DNA of 64,000 nucleotides from an uncultured Planctomycetaceae bacterium (GCA_963813715.1 CAWFAK010000016.1:96001-160000); one strand, 5' to 3'; positions 32,823 to 43,991 are shown, counted from the stretch's first letter. Notes: a model not told the origin generated them from the letters alone. Numbers and translations are program-made.

Positions 32823-33803
32823 ATGCACGTTCAGGACGGCTTTCTTAGTCCGGAGGTTTGCGCGGCGACCGGCGCGATCGCTGCCGCGGCTGTCGGCTAC
32901 TCGGTCTATAAGCTCCGCGACGGCGTCTCCGATCGCGTGGTGCCGCTGACTGGCATGACCGCCGCGATGATCTTCGCCGGCCAGATGGTCAATTTCCCCA
33001 TCGGGTTGCCCGTTTCGGGGCACCTCATCGGCGGCGTGCTCGCGGGCATGATCTTGGGCCCGTGGGCCGGCTGCCTGGCCGTCACGATGGTGCTCGTCGT
33101 TCAGCGGTTCTTGTTTTCCGACGGCGGTCTCTTCACGCTCGGGGCGAACATTCTCCACATGGCGGTGATCGGATCAATCGGCGGCTACGCCATCGTTTCG
33201 ATCGTGCGGCGATTCTTCAAAAAGCCCAAGGTTGGCGCGATTGTTGGCTCGGTCGTCGCCGCATGGCTCACCGTCGTCGCGGCGTCGGCGCTGTTCTGCC
33301 TCGAATTCCGGCTCTCGCACCCGGCCGGCGCCTTCGAGTTCCGCAACATCTTCGCCTTGATGGTGGCGATCCACTCGTTAATCGGCGTCGGGGAAGCCCT
33401 AATCACGGCTGCCATCGTGTCCTTTGTACTGGCGCAACGGCCCGATCTAATTCTCGGCCAGACGAGCGCCTCGGCGGACACTGCCATGGCGGGCGTCGGC
33501 CGCGTGACGGCTGCCGGCATCGTGGTCGCGCTGTGTATCGGCGCGTTCTTGTCGCCGTTCAAATCGACGCTGGACGACGGGCTGGAGCACGTTTCCGAAG
33601 TTCAGGGATTCGCCGAGCTGAGACACTCCGCTTGGGCGTTCTTTGCCGACTACGACAAAATCCCGCTCTTCAGCGGGCAATGGCAGGGCCTGTCGGTTTC
33701 GGTCGCGGGAGTCGTGGGAACTCTGTCCGTCTTGCTGCTGGCCCTCGCGTTTGGACGCGCGGTGAGTCCGCGTTCCAAAGTCGCCGAGGCGGGTCGTGAA
33801 TGA
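32823..33803 (+). CDS. cbiM: ECF transporter substrate component CbiM/NikMN with fused PDGLE-like domain
   Basis: N-terminal MHVQDGFL, FAGQMVNFPI, SGHLIGG, DGG, IGVGEALIT, DDGLE. Confidence 0.9.
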   Translation: MHVQDGFLSPEVCAATGAIAAAAVGYSVYKLRDGVSDRVVPLTGMTAAMIFAGQMVNFPIGLPVSGHLIGGVLAGMILGPWAGCLAVTMVLVVQRFLFSDGGLFTLGANILHMAVIGSIGGYAIVSIVRRFFKKPKVGAIVGSVVAAWLTVVAASALFCLEFRLSHPAGAFEFRNIFALMVAIHSLIGVGEALITAAIVSFVLAQRPDLILGQTSASADTAMAGVGRVTAAGIVVALCIGAFLSPFKSTLDDGLEHVSEVQGFAELRHSAWAFFADYDKIPLFSGQWQGLSVSVAGVVGTLSVLLLALAFGRAVSPRSKVAEAGRE

Positions 33804-34456
33804 TTCCGGTCGTGAATGATTCCTTGGCTCGCGGGCCGGCGGCCCGGTCGCCGGGTTACCGACTTTCGCCGACTCTCGCGCTCGGGCTGTCGGTGGCGGC
33901 GATCACGCTCGGCATGTTGCTCCCGCCCACCCATTTGCCGTCGCACGCCGCGCTCGTCTGCGTGCTGCTGGCCGCGCTGAGTCTGGCCCGCGTTCCCTTT
34001 GGGATGGTCGCCCGGCGGCTGGCCATCTTCCTGGGGTTCGCGCTCTTGTTTGCCGTCTCCGTCCCGCTGTCGCAAGGCTTTCGCGGCGGCTGGGAGATCG
34101 CGCAGGGGATTTTGTTCCGCGGAGTGGAGTCGTTCCTCTCCGGACTTTGGCTGGTAAGCGTGGTTCCTTTCGATCGCCTGCTGGCGACGCTGCGACGCCT
34201 GGGTGTCCCAACGATCCTCGTGGCCATTCTGGCCTTCATGTATCGGTTTCTGTTCGTGCTCTGGAAAGAACTCGACACCATGCGGGCCGCTCGCCGCGCT
34301 CGCACGTTCGATCAGGCCGGGCTGATCTTTCGCTGGCGGAACTCGGCCCAGATGATCGGCATGCTGTTGATCCGCTCGCTGGGCCGATCGGAACGTGTTT
34401 ACGGCGCGATGTGCGCCCGCGGTTGGGACGGCACTGTCCGGACTTTGGACGAATGA
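33800..34456 (+). CDS. cbiQ: ECF transporter T component CbiQ/NikQ
   Basis: LRRLGVP, FMYRF, ARRAR, RSERVYGAMCARGWDG; overlapping stop/start. Confidence 0.9.
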   Translation: MIPVVNDSLARGPAARSPGYRLSPTLALGLSVAAITLGMLLPPTHLPSHAALVCVLLAALSLARVPFGMVARRLAIFLGFALLFAVSVPLSQGFRGGWEIAQGILFRGVESFLSGLWLVSVVPFDRLLATLRRLGVPTILVAILAFMYRFLFVLWKELDTMRAARRARTFDQAGLIFRWRNSAQMIGMLLIRSLGRSERVYGAMCARGWDGTVRTLDE

Positions 34457-35286
34457 GTGCCACCGCGCCCGACAACCCGCTGCCCGACAACGTGCTGCCC
34501 AAGAGCGTGCTGCCCGAAACCGTGCTGGAAGTGAGCGGGCTTAGCTTCAGCTATTCGACCGGCCGGCAAGTGCTCAATAACGTCCGCTTTACGCTGACGC
34601 GCGGCGAGATCCTGGGGATTGTCGGACCCAGCGGCGCCGGAAAATCGACGCTGCTCTTGCACCTGAACGGTCTCTTACCGCAGCGACCGGAGCCGACGCG
34701 GGCGGCGACCAACGGGGCTGCCGTGCACGTGGCCGGCTTGTCCGTCGGAGCGGCGAATCTGGCGGAGGTGCGGCGACGCGTAGGCTTTCTGTTTCAAGAT
34801 CCGGACGATCAACTCTTTTGCCCCACAGTGCGAGAGGACGTCGCCTTCGGGCCGCTCAACCTGGGACTGCCGCGGGCGGAAGTCGAACGCCGCGTGATCG
34901 ACAGTCTGGCCGCTGTTGGGCTGGACGGTTTCGAGACGCGCAGCACGCTGCAATTGAGCCTGGGCGAACGCAAGCGCGTCTGCCTGGCCGGAGTGATCGC
35001 CTGTCAGCCGCTCGTCCTGGCTTTGGACGAGCCGTTCAGCAATCTCGATCCGCGGGCACGCCGCACGCTGGTCGACGTCTTGCGGCGGTTTGAAGGAAGC
35101 CAGATCATCGCAACGCACGACTTGGACGTTGTGGTTGAGCTGTGCCACCGTGTGATCGTGCTCGACGAAGGAACGATCCGTGCCGACGGCTCACCCGCCG
35201 CCGTGCTGGGCGACCAGGCCTTGATGGACCGTCACGGACTCGAAGTTCCCCTGCGCTTACAACTTTTGAGGAACGGCCAACCATGA
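34453..35286 (+). CDS. cbiO: ECF transporter ATPase CbiO/NikO
   Basis: GPSGAGKST, FQDPDDQLF, DVAFGPLN, LSLGERKR, LDEP, ATHD. Confidence 0.92.
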   Translation: MSATAPDNPLPDNVLPKSVLPETVLEVSGLSFSYSTGRQVLNNVRFTLTRGEILGIVGPSGAGKSTLLLHLNGLLPQRPEPTRAATNGAAVHVAGLSVGAANLAEVRRRVGFLFQDPDDQLFCPTVREDVAFGPLNLGLPRAEVERRVIDSLAAVGLDGFETRSTLQLSLGERKRVCLAGVIACQPLVLALDEPFSNLDPRARRTLVDVLRRFEGSQIIATHDLDVVVELCHRVIVLDEGTIRADGSPAAVLGDQALMDRHGLEVPLRLQLLRNGQP

Positions 35287-36149
35287 CCCGAATGATGTCA
35301 TCGCCTCGCGCGACTTTGGCGTCGCGTTCCCTTCCACTCGTGCTGGCGTGTGCCTGCCTGTGCGTCGCCGCCGGTTTTGCCCGGACGATGGCCGCCGAAC
35401 CGACGCCGCTGGTCCGCGCACATGCGCACAACGACTACGAACACAAACGGCCCCTCTTCGACGCGTTGGACCAGGGCCTGTGCAGCGTCGAGGCGGACAT
35501 TTTTCTCGTCGACGGCCAGCTACTGGTCGGACACGTCCGCCGGCTCTTGAAGCCGGAGCGCACGCTCGAGTCGCTGTATCTGGTTCCGCTGAAAGAGCGG
35601 ATCGCCAAGAACGGCGGACGTGTTTACCGCGGCGGGCCCGAATTTACCCTGTTGATCGATATCAAAACCAACGGGCCCACAACGTACGCCGCCCTCAAGA
35701 AGGTTCTGGAAAAGTACGCCGACTTCATCAATTCGCCGACAGCCGGCGCCGGCTCGCGGAAGGCGGTCAACGTGGTGGCCACGGGGAATCGACCGGCGGC
35801 GGTCATCGCCGCTGACGCGACGCGCCTGGTCGGGATCGACGGCACGCTGAGCGATCTTGACTCGGATCAGCCGGCCAACGTGATCCCGCTCATCAGCGAC
35901 AACTGGCACTCGTTCTTCAAGTGGCGGGGCAAGGGGCCGATTCCCCCCGAGGAGCACGAGAAGATCGTTGCGGCTGTCAAGAAAGCGCACGCCCACGGCC
36001 GCCGACTGCGGTTCTGGTCCACGCCCGACAACACGGCGATCTGGCAGGAACTGTACGATGACGGCGTCGACCTGCTGAACGTCGACGATTTGCCCGGCGC
36101 GGCCCGCTTCCTCAACGATCCGGCTCGGCGGCCGTCGACCGCGAACTAG
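35283..36149 (+). CDS. Secreted PI-PLC/GDPD-like phosphodiesterase (Aim6-like)
   Basis: AHAHNDYEH, SVEADI, LLIDIK, RLRFWSTPD, GVDLLNVDD. Confidence 0.82.
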   Translation: MTRMMSSPRATLASRSLPLVLACACLCVAAGFARTMAAEPTPLVRAHAHNDYEHKRPLFDALDQGLCSVEADIFLVDGQLLVGHVRRLLKPERTLESLYLVPLKERIAKNGGRVYRGGPEFTLLIDIKTNGPTTYAALKKVLEKYADFINSPTAGAGSRKAVNVVATGNRPAAVIAADATRLVGIDGTLSDLDSDQPANVIPLISDNWHSFFKWRGKGPIPPEEHEKIVAAVKKAHAHGRRLRFWSTPDNTAIWQELYDDGVDLLNVDDLPGAARFLNDPARRPSTAN

Positions 36150-36403
36150 CCAAAGAAAACTGATCTTGTTCAGATCGCGTTTCTCTGGCTGAATAGAGGG
36201 TGTGCTTTCGTCGCGACCTTGATCCGCATCGCGGATCGAAGCGCACGCTGTTGCCCGACCCCTCACGCCCCGCCCTGTGCACTCATTAACGAAAGGTAAC
36301 CGAAAAGGGGCGTGGTCTGGTCAACTACTTTCACCAAGGTAGTTGACCACGAGATAGTTGACCACAGGGCGAGATTGGCCGATCACCGGCCGCTCGCCGG
36401 TCA

Positions 36404-37363
36404 TTAGTGCAGGACGTAGATTTCCGGGTCGTCGACGATCCACTCGGTCGACCAGGTGCGGCCGTCGTCCTGGTTGACGATGTTGAAGAACATCGTGTTG
36501 AAGTTCTCGACCCGCACGCCGTACGCGAGCTTCGACACGAGGTGGTCCGCCTGCGTCAGCGGCGTGACACCCGGCTTGGCGTAGTAGTGGATCATGCCGT
36601 CAGGGGTGACGCTCATGCCGAGCGTGTACCAGCCGGTCTTGGTGATGTTCATCGCCGGGATCTCGTGGCCGTACTCGTCGCCGCGGACGAGCAGCGTGGC
36701 CGAGTCCTTCGTCTGGCCGTCCCCCTTGTTGAACTGAATGAAAAAGCCCGGCCAGAAGGCTTCGGTGGTCGCCACGGGACCGCGACGCCAGAAGAAGCGT
36801 CCGCCGCCTTCGTTCTTGTGGAACGTGCCGACCACGTCGACGCGGAAACCGAACGAGCTTCCCGTCCGCTGTTCCCACTGCTCAAACGGGGGCAGGTAGA
36901 CGCGACAGACCACGCTCGGCGTGCGTGCGGGCGAAATGTAGCCGCCCGTGGTCATGCCGGCGTTGAAGATCAGGTCGTCTTGCTGGAACTTGTAGGTGTG
37001 GTAACCGGGCACTCCCGAATTGAGCGTTCGCATCGAGAGCGAGCCCTTGCTGCCGGGCAGTCCGCCGGCAGGCGTCGGGACGCGTTTGACGACGTCCGGC
37101 TGGCCGCGGAGCGCGCTTTCGTACCAGCGGCTGTTGCTCGAGACGCCGCCGGGCTGACGCTCCTGGTTGTCGAGGTTGCTGCTCGACTTGGGCAGGTTCG
37201 GCTCGTAGCTCCACGAGGCGTCCTCGAAGTCATCAAACGCAATGCGGGTTCCCGTCCCCGGCACGACCTGCGCGGCAAGCCGACCATCGGTGGCGGCGAC
37301 CAGCATCATTCCCAGCGAACAGGTCAACACGCCGCCGAAGACACGCACGCGCGAGAAATTCAT
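36404..37363 (-). CDS. Secreted hypothetical protein, possibly a lectin-like beta-sandwich
   Basis: Signal peptide, DDFED, aromatic-rich beta-type sequence, strong coding bias. Confidence 0.8.
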   Translation of the reverse strand: MNFSRVRVFGGVLTCSLGMMLVAATDGRLAAQVVPGTGTRIAFDDFEDASWSYEPNLPKSSSNLDNQERQPGGVSSNSRWYESALRGQPDVVKRVPTPAGGLPGSKGSLSMRTLNSGVPGYHTYKFQQDDLIFNAGMTTGGYISPARTPSVVCRVYLPPFEQWEQRTGSSFGFRVDVVGTFHKNEGGGRFFWRRGPVATTEAFWPGFFIQFNKGDGQTKDSATLLVRGDEYGHEIPAMNITKTGWYTLGMSVTPDGMIHYYAKPGVTPLTQADHLVSKLAYGVRVENFNTMFFNIVNQDDGRTWSTEWIVDDPEIYVLH

Positions 37364-37684
37364 CTTGCACCTATCCCCGTCATTGTGGGCCTGACCGACC
37401 CATCTTGCCGACCGAGCGAGCCGTCCTTGCGAGGCTGATTGCTCCGAAGATCGGATCTAAGCCGGTTAGTCACGCAAAAGATCTTTTGCCGGCGTTACAC
37501 TCTCCGCCGCAGGCTGGGCAACGCGCAGTTGAACCGTTGCCCAGACTGTCGCGGGCTGCACCCGCGCCGCAAAGTTTACGCAGACACCCCCAGCCACTCT
37601 CTTTTCGCAGGCTATCGTGACGGCGATCCGCTCACATTTCAAGTCGCGGCGAATCGGGCTGGGTGGCGTCTCTGAAAAGTCTCG

Positions 37685-38922
37685 TTACTCGCCGGCTGAC
37701 GCGAGCGCTCGCGCAGACGCGGAGTCGCGAAGTTTCGGAAAGCGGGCTCGCGAATTTCGCTTTCGCCAATAGCTCCGCACGAACCAGGGACGCGTGTCGA
37801 CCGGCGGGCCATCCTGCTCGGCCGCTTCGATCCAGCGGTCGGTCATCTGGGCCGCCCGGCGAAACGCATCGTGCGATTCGGGCGGGTCGTCGAACCAGCC
37901 GCACTCGACGGGCAGTCGTTGAAGGGCCAGCCGCGGCAGGAACTCCGCCGCATTGCCGATTACGCGCCGATGCAGCCGTTCTCCGCGCCACCAGAGCGAC
38001 GCCTCGTCGAAGCGGTCGGTCGGATTGCCGACATCGAGAGGCTGGTCGACGGCGACCGGCTTGAAAATGCTGACACAGGGCGCGGCCGTTCCCGTGGCCC
38101 AGTGCCGCACGCCCTGACGCGACAATTCCGAAATCCAACTGCCGGTGGTTTGCGAGGAGGCGATCACTCCACCGGCATGCACGCAGGGAGCCGTCAACCC
38201 TCCGCGAACGAATGAATAGGCGGGTACCGCGAGTCCCTCGCCATGGTCGCGGAGAATGACCGCGAGATCAGCCGGTTTGCGGACGTTCTGTCCCAGGCAT
38301 TCGGTGCGCGAGCGGCGCATCATCCCTGCTCCGGCCCACGTTTTAACGCGATCGCCATGTCGCTCGGCGAAGCCTGGGATCGACAGCACGTTCGAGATGC
38401 TCCGCACGCCGCGGACGTCTCTGCGTCGCCCAAGCCCGGCCGGCCGTTTCCAGCACGATGGCGCGCGTTGGATCGGCGATGAGAAAGCTGTTGTGATAGG
38501 TGAAATTTCGGTGCTCGTGGCCGCAGCCACCGCCTTGCCCGTGCGATCTCCAGCAGGCCGACGATTGTGTCCGCTGCCGATTGGGCATCGCTTGCCCGCT
38601 CGAGGGCCAGCCGCAGCAGGTCCATTCCGGTGAGGCCGTTTTTGGCGTAGGGCGCGCGAGTGAAGACGGCCTCGTTGCCGATCACCACGCCATGCTCGTT
38701 GGCCCCCATTTCCGCTCCCCACATCCAGAAGGGACGGCTGAGGAGCACGGCGTGCGTCGAGCGAACTTGAGGGATCTCGATCCAAGTGCAGCGGAGCGAC
38801 GAGCCCGCGGGATAAGTTTGCCGGGGCTGCCAGTCGAGAATTTGGGCTTCGTTCGGGTCGCGGTCGGAGTTCTTGGCGAACAAAACCCGGTCCTGGTCCA
38901 CAACCACCAGCGTGTCGCACAT
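37685..38922 (-). CDS. Peptidase C69 / secernin-like Ntn hydrolase, frameshifts near 38545 and 38420
   Basis: MCDT N-terminal nucleophile, [60 protein letters not shown]. Confidence 0.88.
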
Positions 38923-39151
38923 GCCTGCGGCGTCCTCTTTTTCCAGGCCGACAGAACCAGTCCCAATCCTCCCCCAGCATACGAAAACGGGCCCTTTTGA
39001 GCCCAAACTTCGGTCAATTTCGGGAAAATCAGCCAAGATTTGAATTGGCCCCGCGAATCCCTCAAAATCAGGGGGTGCGGGCAAGGTCTGCCGACGGGCG
39101 GGCTGTGTCCGCAAACGCGATTCGGCTCAGGCCGCTCGGGGAGTCCGTTCC

Positions 39152-40042
39152 ATGTTGCGATCGACGGTCATCGGAATCGTGGTGGTCCTGTTGATCGCCA
39201 AGGCCGCGACCAGCCTGCGGGTGGTTTGGCCGAACTCGGTCGAGCGCACCGAAGCGGTCAAATTTGCCCCGCACGCCAAGAACTTCGAGATCCGGGCCGA
39301 CAACGGTTCGGTCGAGTTCGTCGGACAAGAGGACAAATCGGCCGACGTCGAAGTGACCTCCGTCCTGCAGGCCTCGGCTCACGACGAGGAAGCAGCCCGG
39401 GCCGCCCTCGACGCGATGGAAGTCACCATTGAGGGCAAAGACGCGGACACTTGCAAGATCGGCTGGCGCTGGAAGTCGGCCCGTCAGGCCGAATGGTCCG
39501 GGTCGGTCCGTTTCAAGATCCTCGCGCCGAAGAAGGTCAACGTCGATTGCGACGTCGACAATGGCACGGTGAACGTCAACGACGTCAGCGGTGCCACCAA
39601 GCTGGTGAGCAAGAACGGCAAGATCGAATCGGATACCGCGGGCGAGTCACTGGAGGCCCGCACGAGCAACGGCACAATCGAAGCCAAATACTCCGGGCCT
39701 CACGTACAGCTGCACACGCAAAACGGCACCGTCTCGGCCGATTTAAGCCATACCCGCGGCGTCGACGGTGAGATCAGCACACAAAACGGCACGATGACGG
39801 TGACAGTCGGCAACGACACGTCGTGCAAGCTGGCGGCGTCCACGGTCAACGGCCGCGTCTATTTCCCAGGCCAAAAGCACGCCTGGATCAAACGCATGAC
39901 GAAGAGCCGGTCCGCGCACGAGACGTTGGGCGAGGGCGGCGGGACGCTGAAGCTGAGCGTGCAAAACGGCTCGATCAAAGTCCGTCACGCCAAAACCGAT
40001 GGGGATTCGGACGACGACGAGGATTCGGACGAATCGGATTGA
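39152..40042 (+). CDS. DUF4097-family beta-strand repeat protein
   Basis: Repeated T(S/Q)NGxI motifs, TLGEGGGTLKLSVQNGSI; N-terminal TM. Confidence 0.82.
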   Translation: MLRSTVIGIVVVLLIAKAATSLRVVWPNSVERTEAVKFAPHAKNFEIRADNGSVEFVGQEDKSADVEVTSVLQASAHDEEAARAALDAMEVTIEGKDADTCKIGWRWKSARQAEWSGSVRFKILAPKKVNVDCDVDNGTVNVNDVSGATKLVSKNGKIESDTAGESLEARTSNGTIEAKYSGPHVQLHTQNGTVSADLSHTRGVDGEISTQNGTMTVTVGNDTSCKLAASTVNGRVYFPGQKHAWIKRMTKSRSAHETLGEGGGTLKLSVQNGSIKVRHAKTDGDSDDDEDSDESD

Positions 40043-40063
40043 CTCGTTCGGACCGCCTGCCGA

Positions 40064-41011
40064 TCACGAGGCTTCGCGAAATCGCAGTGACGGCTTCTCG
40101 ATCGTGACGACCGTATTGGGCGGCACGCTTCGGGTGACGGAAACGCCGGCCCCAATTACCGAGTGCGCTCCCACGATCGTGTGCCCGCCCAGGATCGTGG
40201 CGTTGGCGTAGATCACGACTTTTCGCTCGATGGTCGGATGCCGCTTGGTTCCCCGCACGAGGTTGCCGTTGTCATCCTGGTCGAAACTGAGCGCTCCGAG
40301 CGTCACTCCCTGATAGAGCCGCACGTGATCGGCAATTTCGCACGTCTGGCCGATAACCACGCCCGTCCCATGATCGATGAAGAATCCGGGACCGATGCGA
40401 GCGCCGGGGTGGATGTCAATTCCCGTGCGGCCGTGGGCCCATTCCGTGATCATGCGGGGAATGAGCGGCACTCCCAGCGTGTGCAGCTCGTGGGCCAGGC
40501 GATAGTGCAACACGGCTTCGAGCCCCGGGTAGCAGCAGACGATTTCGTCCGCGTTCTGGGCCGCCGGATCGCCGTCATACGCCGCCTGCACGTCGGTGGC
40601 CAGCAGTCGTCGGATGCGCGGCAGGGCGAGCAAGAAGTCGTGGACGATGGCGTCGGTCCGCGTCACGACGTTGGGTTCCTGCCCGTCAGCCGGAACCGCG
40701 TCATCGCCGAGCGAGTCCTGTCGGGCTTCGTCGGCGTAAGTCAGCGTGCACGCGACTTGCTCGAAGAGCCGGTCCTGAACGCTCTCGAGTCGCGTGGCGA
40801 CAAAATCGACGGCGTCCGCTTCGTGCAGCGTCAGCCGCTGATGAAAGCCGGGAAACAGGAGCTGCTTCAGCTCGCGCGTCAGTTCGACCACTGCCTCGAT
40901 GCTGGGCAGCGGGCTGCGGTTGAGATGCCCGACGTTTTCGAGATCGCAATAGCTATCGAGCATCCGATCGGTCGACACCGACAGACGGTCTATCCCCACA
41001 TTATCCCGCAC
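40064..41011 (-). CDS. cysE: Serine O-acetyltransferase (CysE/EpsC type)
   Basis: AAYDGDPAA, CYPG, TGIDIHPGARIG, FIDHGTGVVIG, YQGVTLGA, KRHPT. Confidence 0.92.
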   Translation of the reverse strand: MRDNVGIDRLSVSTDRMLDSYCDLENVGHLNRSPLPSIEAVVELTRELKQLLFPGFHQRLTLHEADAVDFVATRLESVQDRLFEQVACTLTYADEARQDSLGDDAVPADGQEPNVVTRTDAIVHDFLLALPRIRRLLATDVQAAYDGDPAAQNADEIVCCYPGLEAVLHYRLAHELHTLGVPLIPRMITEWAHGRTGIDIHPGARIGPGFFIDHGTGVVIGQTCEIADHVRLYQGVTLGALSFDQDDNGNLVRGTKRHPTIERKVVIYANATILGGHTIVGAHSVIGAGVSVTRSVPPNTVVTIEKPSLRFREAS

Positions 41012-41176
41012 GTTGCAGTCCCCTCAGACGCTTCGCTCGGAATCGCTGGCACTCTGATCGACTGGCGAGGCGGCGCGGATTGAGGGATTCCAACAACACC
41101 GGAAATAAGGCCCGAGGCTGGCCCGCTGCGGACGTCCGTCAGGGCCGAGGCGGCGACAGATCGAGTCGGTGCCGGG

Positions 41177-41693
41177 TTACGGTCGCGTATTCTGGGAAAC
41201 CTTCTCCGTTTTCGTCGACGTTCCGGCCGGCCGCAGCGTCCGCGTGTATTCGTGCTGCTTCACGCTCTGCTCGGGAACGCCCTGGTAGAGATAGACGTCT
41301 AACTCTTCGTACTGATTCAGATCGAGGTGCTTGCCGGCAATCTGCTCGACCGCGGTGACGACTTGCTTCGCCCCGGCTCGTCTCGACCACCGGATCGAAG
41401 TCGACCCGCATTACGATCCGCAGGATTTTGGGAGTCCCTTTGTGCATCTTGCGTTGACCGCCGTCGACGCGCGGCGACGAATGGGGGAACGCTGCCGCTA
41501 TTGCGTCCTGCAGCGGGCGAAACGGACCGACGTGCAACGTCCAATACACCCACATGGCGGCCGTGGTCAGCGTGCCGAAGGCGAGCATCCCCAGCACCAT
41601 CGCCCGACCGGAGACGCGCCGCTCGGGTCGCGTCGGAGGGACAGGAGCCGCGGACGAGTTCAGATCGTCAGGGGGACGAGAATCGTTGGTCAT
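41177..41693 (-). CDS. Single-TM hypothetical protein, frameshift near 41368
   Basis: TM segment; plausible C-terminus VVTAVEQIAGKHLDLNQYEELDVYLYQ... in the shifted frame. Confidence 0.65.
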
Positions 41694-42277
41694 CGGTTTC
41701 CCCCGTCTCCAGCGACGGCTGCCACGGTGGCCGCAAGATTGGCGAGCGGCTCGGGACTGCCGGCTGTGCGGGACCAGGCCACTTCTCCCTTGCGATCGAC
41801 CAGGAAGACTCCCTCCAGCCGCTGCCGGTGCTCTTCATCGTAGCGGCCCCACGCCCGATAGACGCTGAGATCGATGTCCGTCAGCAGCGGGAACGGAGAC
41901 GGGCCGAACTGGGCCATGTCTTTTCGATTCTCTTGAGGCAGGGCCTTGCTAATGGCCAGCACGTAGACGTCGGCCTTCCGCAGGCGGGGCCACTCAGCTC
42001 GCAATAAGTCCAGGGCCTGCGAGCTGTGGGCCCCCTTCGACCCGTCGTAAAATACTACGAACACGCGCTGCCGTCCCAGGTAGGCCGACAACCGCACGAG
42101 GTGCGACGGCGAATTCTCATCGTACAGCTCGAACGCCGGCGCCGGCCCGGTGACGGCCGCCTCGGTGGCGGTCGACTGCGGAGCGTAGGTGCGGGTGGCT
42201 CGAAAGACGCAGAGTCCCACAATCACGACCCCGGCTGCTGCCAACAGCCAGAGCCGTCGATCGTGGATCGAGGTCAA
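41690..42277 (-). CDS. Membrane-anchored AhpC/TSA-like redoxin lacking an active-site Cys
   Basis: PAPAFEL, VFVVFY, FPLLTD, GVFLVDRKG. Confidence 0.75.
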   Translation of the reverse strand: MTSIHDRRLWLLAAAGVVIVGLCVFRATRTYAPQSTATEAAVTGPAPAFELYDENSPSHLVRLSAYLGRQRVFVVFYDGSKGAHSSQALDLLRAEWPRLRKADVYVLAISKALPQENRKDMAQFGPSPFPLLTDIDLSVYRAWGRYDEEHRQRLEGVFLVDRKGEVAWSRTAGSPEPLANLAATVAAVAGDGGNR

Positions 42278-42322
42278 CAGCCTCGACCGAACGCCTGTTC
42301 CGTCTGGACCCGCGACGATCGT

Positions 42323-43897
42323 TCACACTCCCCGTGCGGCTTCGAGCCGCGGCGCGGCGGCCAGTCCCGAATCTTTCTCCGCGACCGCTTTGTTGAGGGC
42401 TTTGAGGTAGGCCCGCGTGCTGGCTTCGATGATGTCGGTGCTCACGCCTTTGCCGTGGAATTTGCGGCCGCCCGAGATCACCTCGACCGAGACCTCACCC
42501 AGCGCGTCCTTGCCGCTGGAGACGCTGCGGACCTGGTAATCCTCGAGCTTGGTCGTAATACCGAAAATCCGCTCGATCGCGCGGAAGACCGCGTCGATGG
42601 GGCCGTCGCCCGTGGCCGCGTCTCGGAAGGTTTCGCCCCCGTCGCATTGCAGCTCGAGCGTGGCCGTCGGGATGGCGCCGCTGCCCGCCGACGTGTGAAA
42701 GCTGACGAGCGACCACTTCTCATGCGTCGCGGCGAGCCGATTCTCGATCAAGGCGACGAGATCCGAATCGTAGATGTCCTTCTTCTTGTCGGCCAGGGCG
42801 ATGAAGTCCTCGAAGACCGCTTGGAACGTGGCGTCGTCGAGTTCGTGCCCCAAAGACTGCACGCGATCACGGAAGGCGTGGCGGCCGCTGTGCTTGCCCA
42901 GCACGAGATTCGTGCCGATGAAGCCGACCGACTCAGGCCGCATGATCTCGTAGGTCGTCCGCTCCTGCAGCATGCCGTGCTGATGAATGCCCGCCTCGTG
43001 GGCGAACGCGTTCTGGCCGACGATCGCCTTGTTTCGCTGGATCTTCATTCCGGTGATATTCGAGACGAGATGGCTGGTCGGGTACAGCCGGGTGGTCTGG
43101 ATCCCCGTGTCGCAGCCGAAATAGTCGGCCCGCGTTTTGAGCGCCATCACGATTTCCTCGAGGGCCGCGTTGCCGGCCCGTTCGCCCAAGCCGTTGATCG
43201 TGCACTCGACCTGGCGGGCGCCTCCTTCGATCGCGGCCAGGCTATTAGCCACGCCAAGTCCCAAATCGTCGTGACAGTGGGCGCTGAACACAGCCTTGCC
43301 GATGTTGGGCACGTGCTTCTTCAGATACTCGAAGACGTGCCGATAGTGGGCCGGCACGGCATAGCCGACCGTGTCCGGAATGTTGACTGTCGTCGCCCCA
43401 GCCTCGATGGCCTTCTCGACGACTTCGCAGAGGAAATCGAGCTCGGTCCGCGACGCGTCTTCGGGCGAGAACTCCACGTTGGGGCAGTAGTCGACCGCCC
43501 GCTTCACCATCTCGACGGTCTGCCGCACGATCTCTTCCTTGGCCATCTTGAGCTTGAACTCGCGATGGATGGCGCTCGTGGCCAGGAAGACGTGGATCCG
43601 CGGCCGGGCGGCGTCCTTGAGCGCTTCCCAGGCCCGATCGACGTCTTCCCCGAGGCAGCGAGCCAAACCGCAGATCACAGTGCGATCGCCAAACTGGCGG
43701 GCAATTTCCCGCACGGCTTCAAAGTCGCCCGGCGACGCGATGGGGAAGCCGGCTTCGATCACGTCGACCCCCAGCTCCACCAGGGCCCGCGCAACTTCCA
43801 GCTTTTCAGCTGTGTTCATGCTGCAGCCAGGCGATTGCTCGCCATCGCGCAAGGTGGTGTCGAAGATCGTGATCTTTTCTCGATTCTCGGCCGACAT
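42323..43897 (-). CDS. leuA: 2-isopropylmalate synthase
   Basis: [61 protein letters not shown]. Confidence 0.97.
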   Translation of the reverse strand: MSAENREKITIFDTTLRDGEQSPGCSMNTAEKLEVARALVELGVDVIEAGFPIASPGDFEAVREIARQFGDRTVICGLARCLGEDVDRAWEALKDAARPRIHVFLATSAIHREFKLKMAKEEIVRQTVEMVKRAVDYCPNVEFSPEDASRTELDFLCEVVEKAIEAGATTVNIPDTVGYAVPAHYRHVFEYLKKHVPNIGKAVFSAHCHDDLGLGVANSLAAIEGGARQVECTINGLGERAGNAALEEIVMALKTRADYFGCDTGIQTTRLYPTSHLVSNITGMKIQRNKAIVGQNAFAHEAGIHQHGMLQERTTYEIMRPESVGFIGTNLVLGKHSGRHAFRDRVQSLGHELDDATFQAVFEDFIALADKKKDIYDSDLVALIENRLAATHEKWSLVSFHTSAGSGAIPTATLELQCDGGETFRDAATGDGPIDAVFRAIERIFGITTKLEDYQVRSVSSGKDALGEVSVEVISGGRKFHGKGVSTDIIEASTRAYLKALNKAVAEKDSGLAAAPRLEAARGV

Positions 43898-43958
43898 GGC
43901 TCAAACTCCCATCAGATCGAGTCACCGCAACAACAAGAGTACGAACAAAACAGACAAC

Positions 43959-43991
43959 AAAAAAACCCTGAGACCACAGGTCTCAGGGTTT
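43959..43991 (-). terminator. Attenuator terminator upstream of leuA
   Basis: Minus strand AACCCTGAGACC-TGT-GGTCTCAGGG followed by a 7-nt T-run. Confidence 0.88.
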
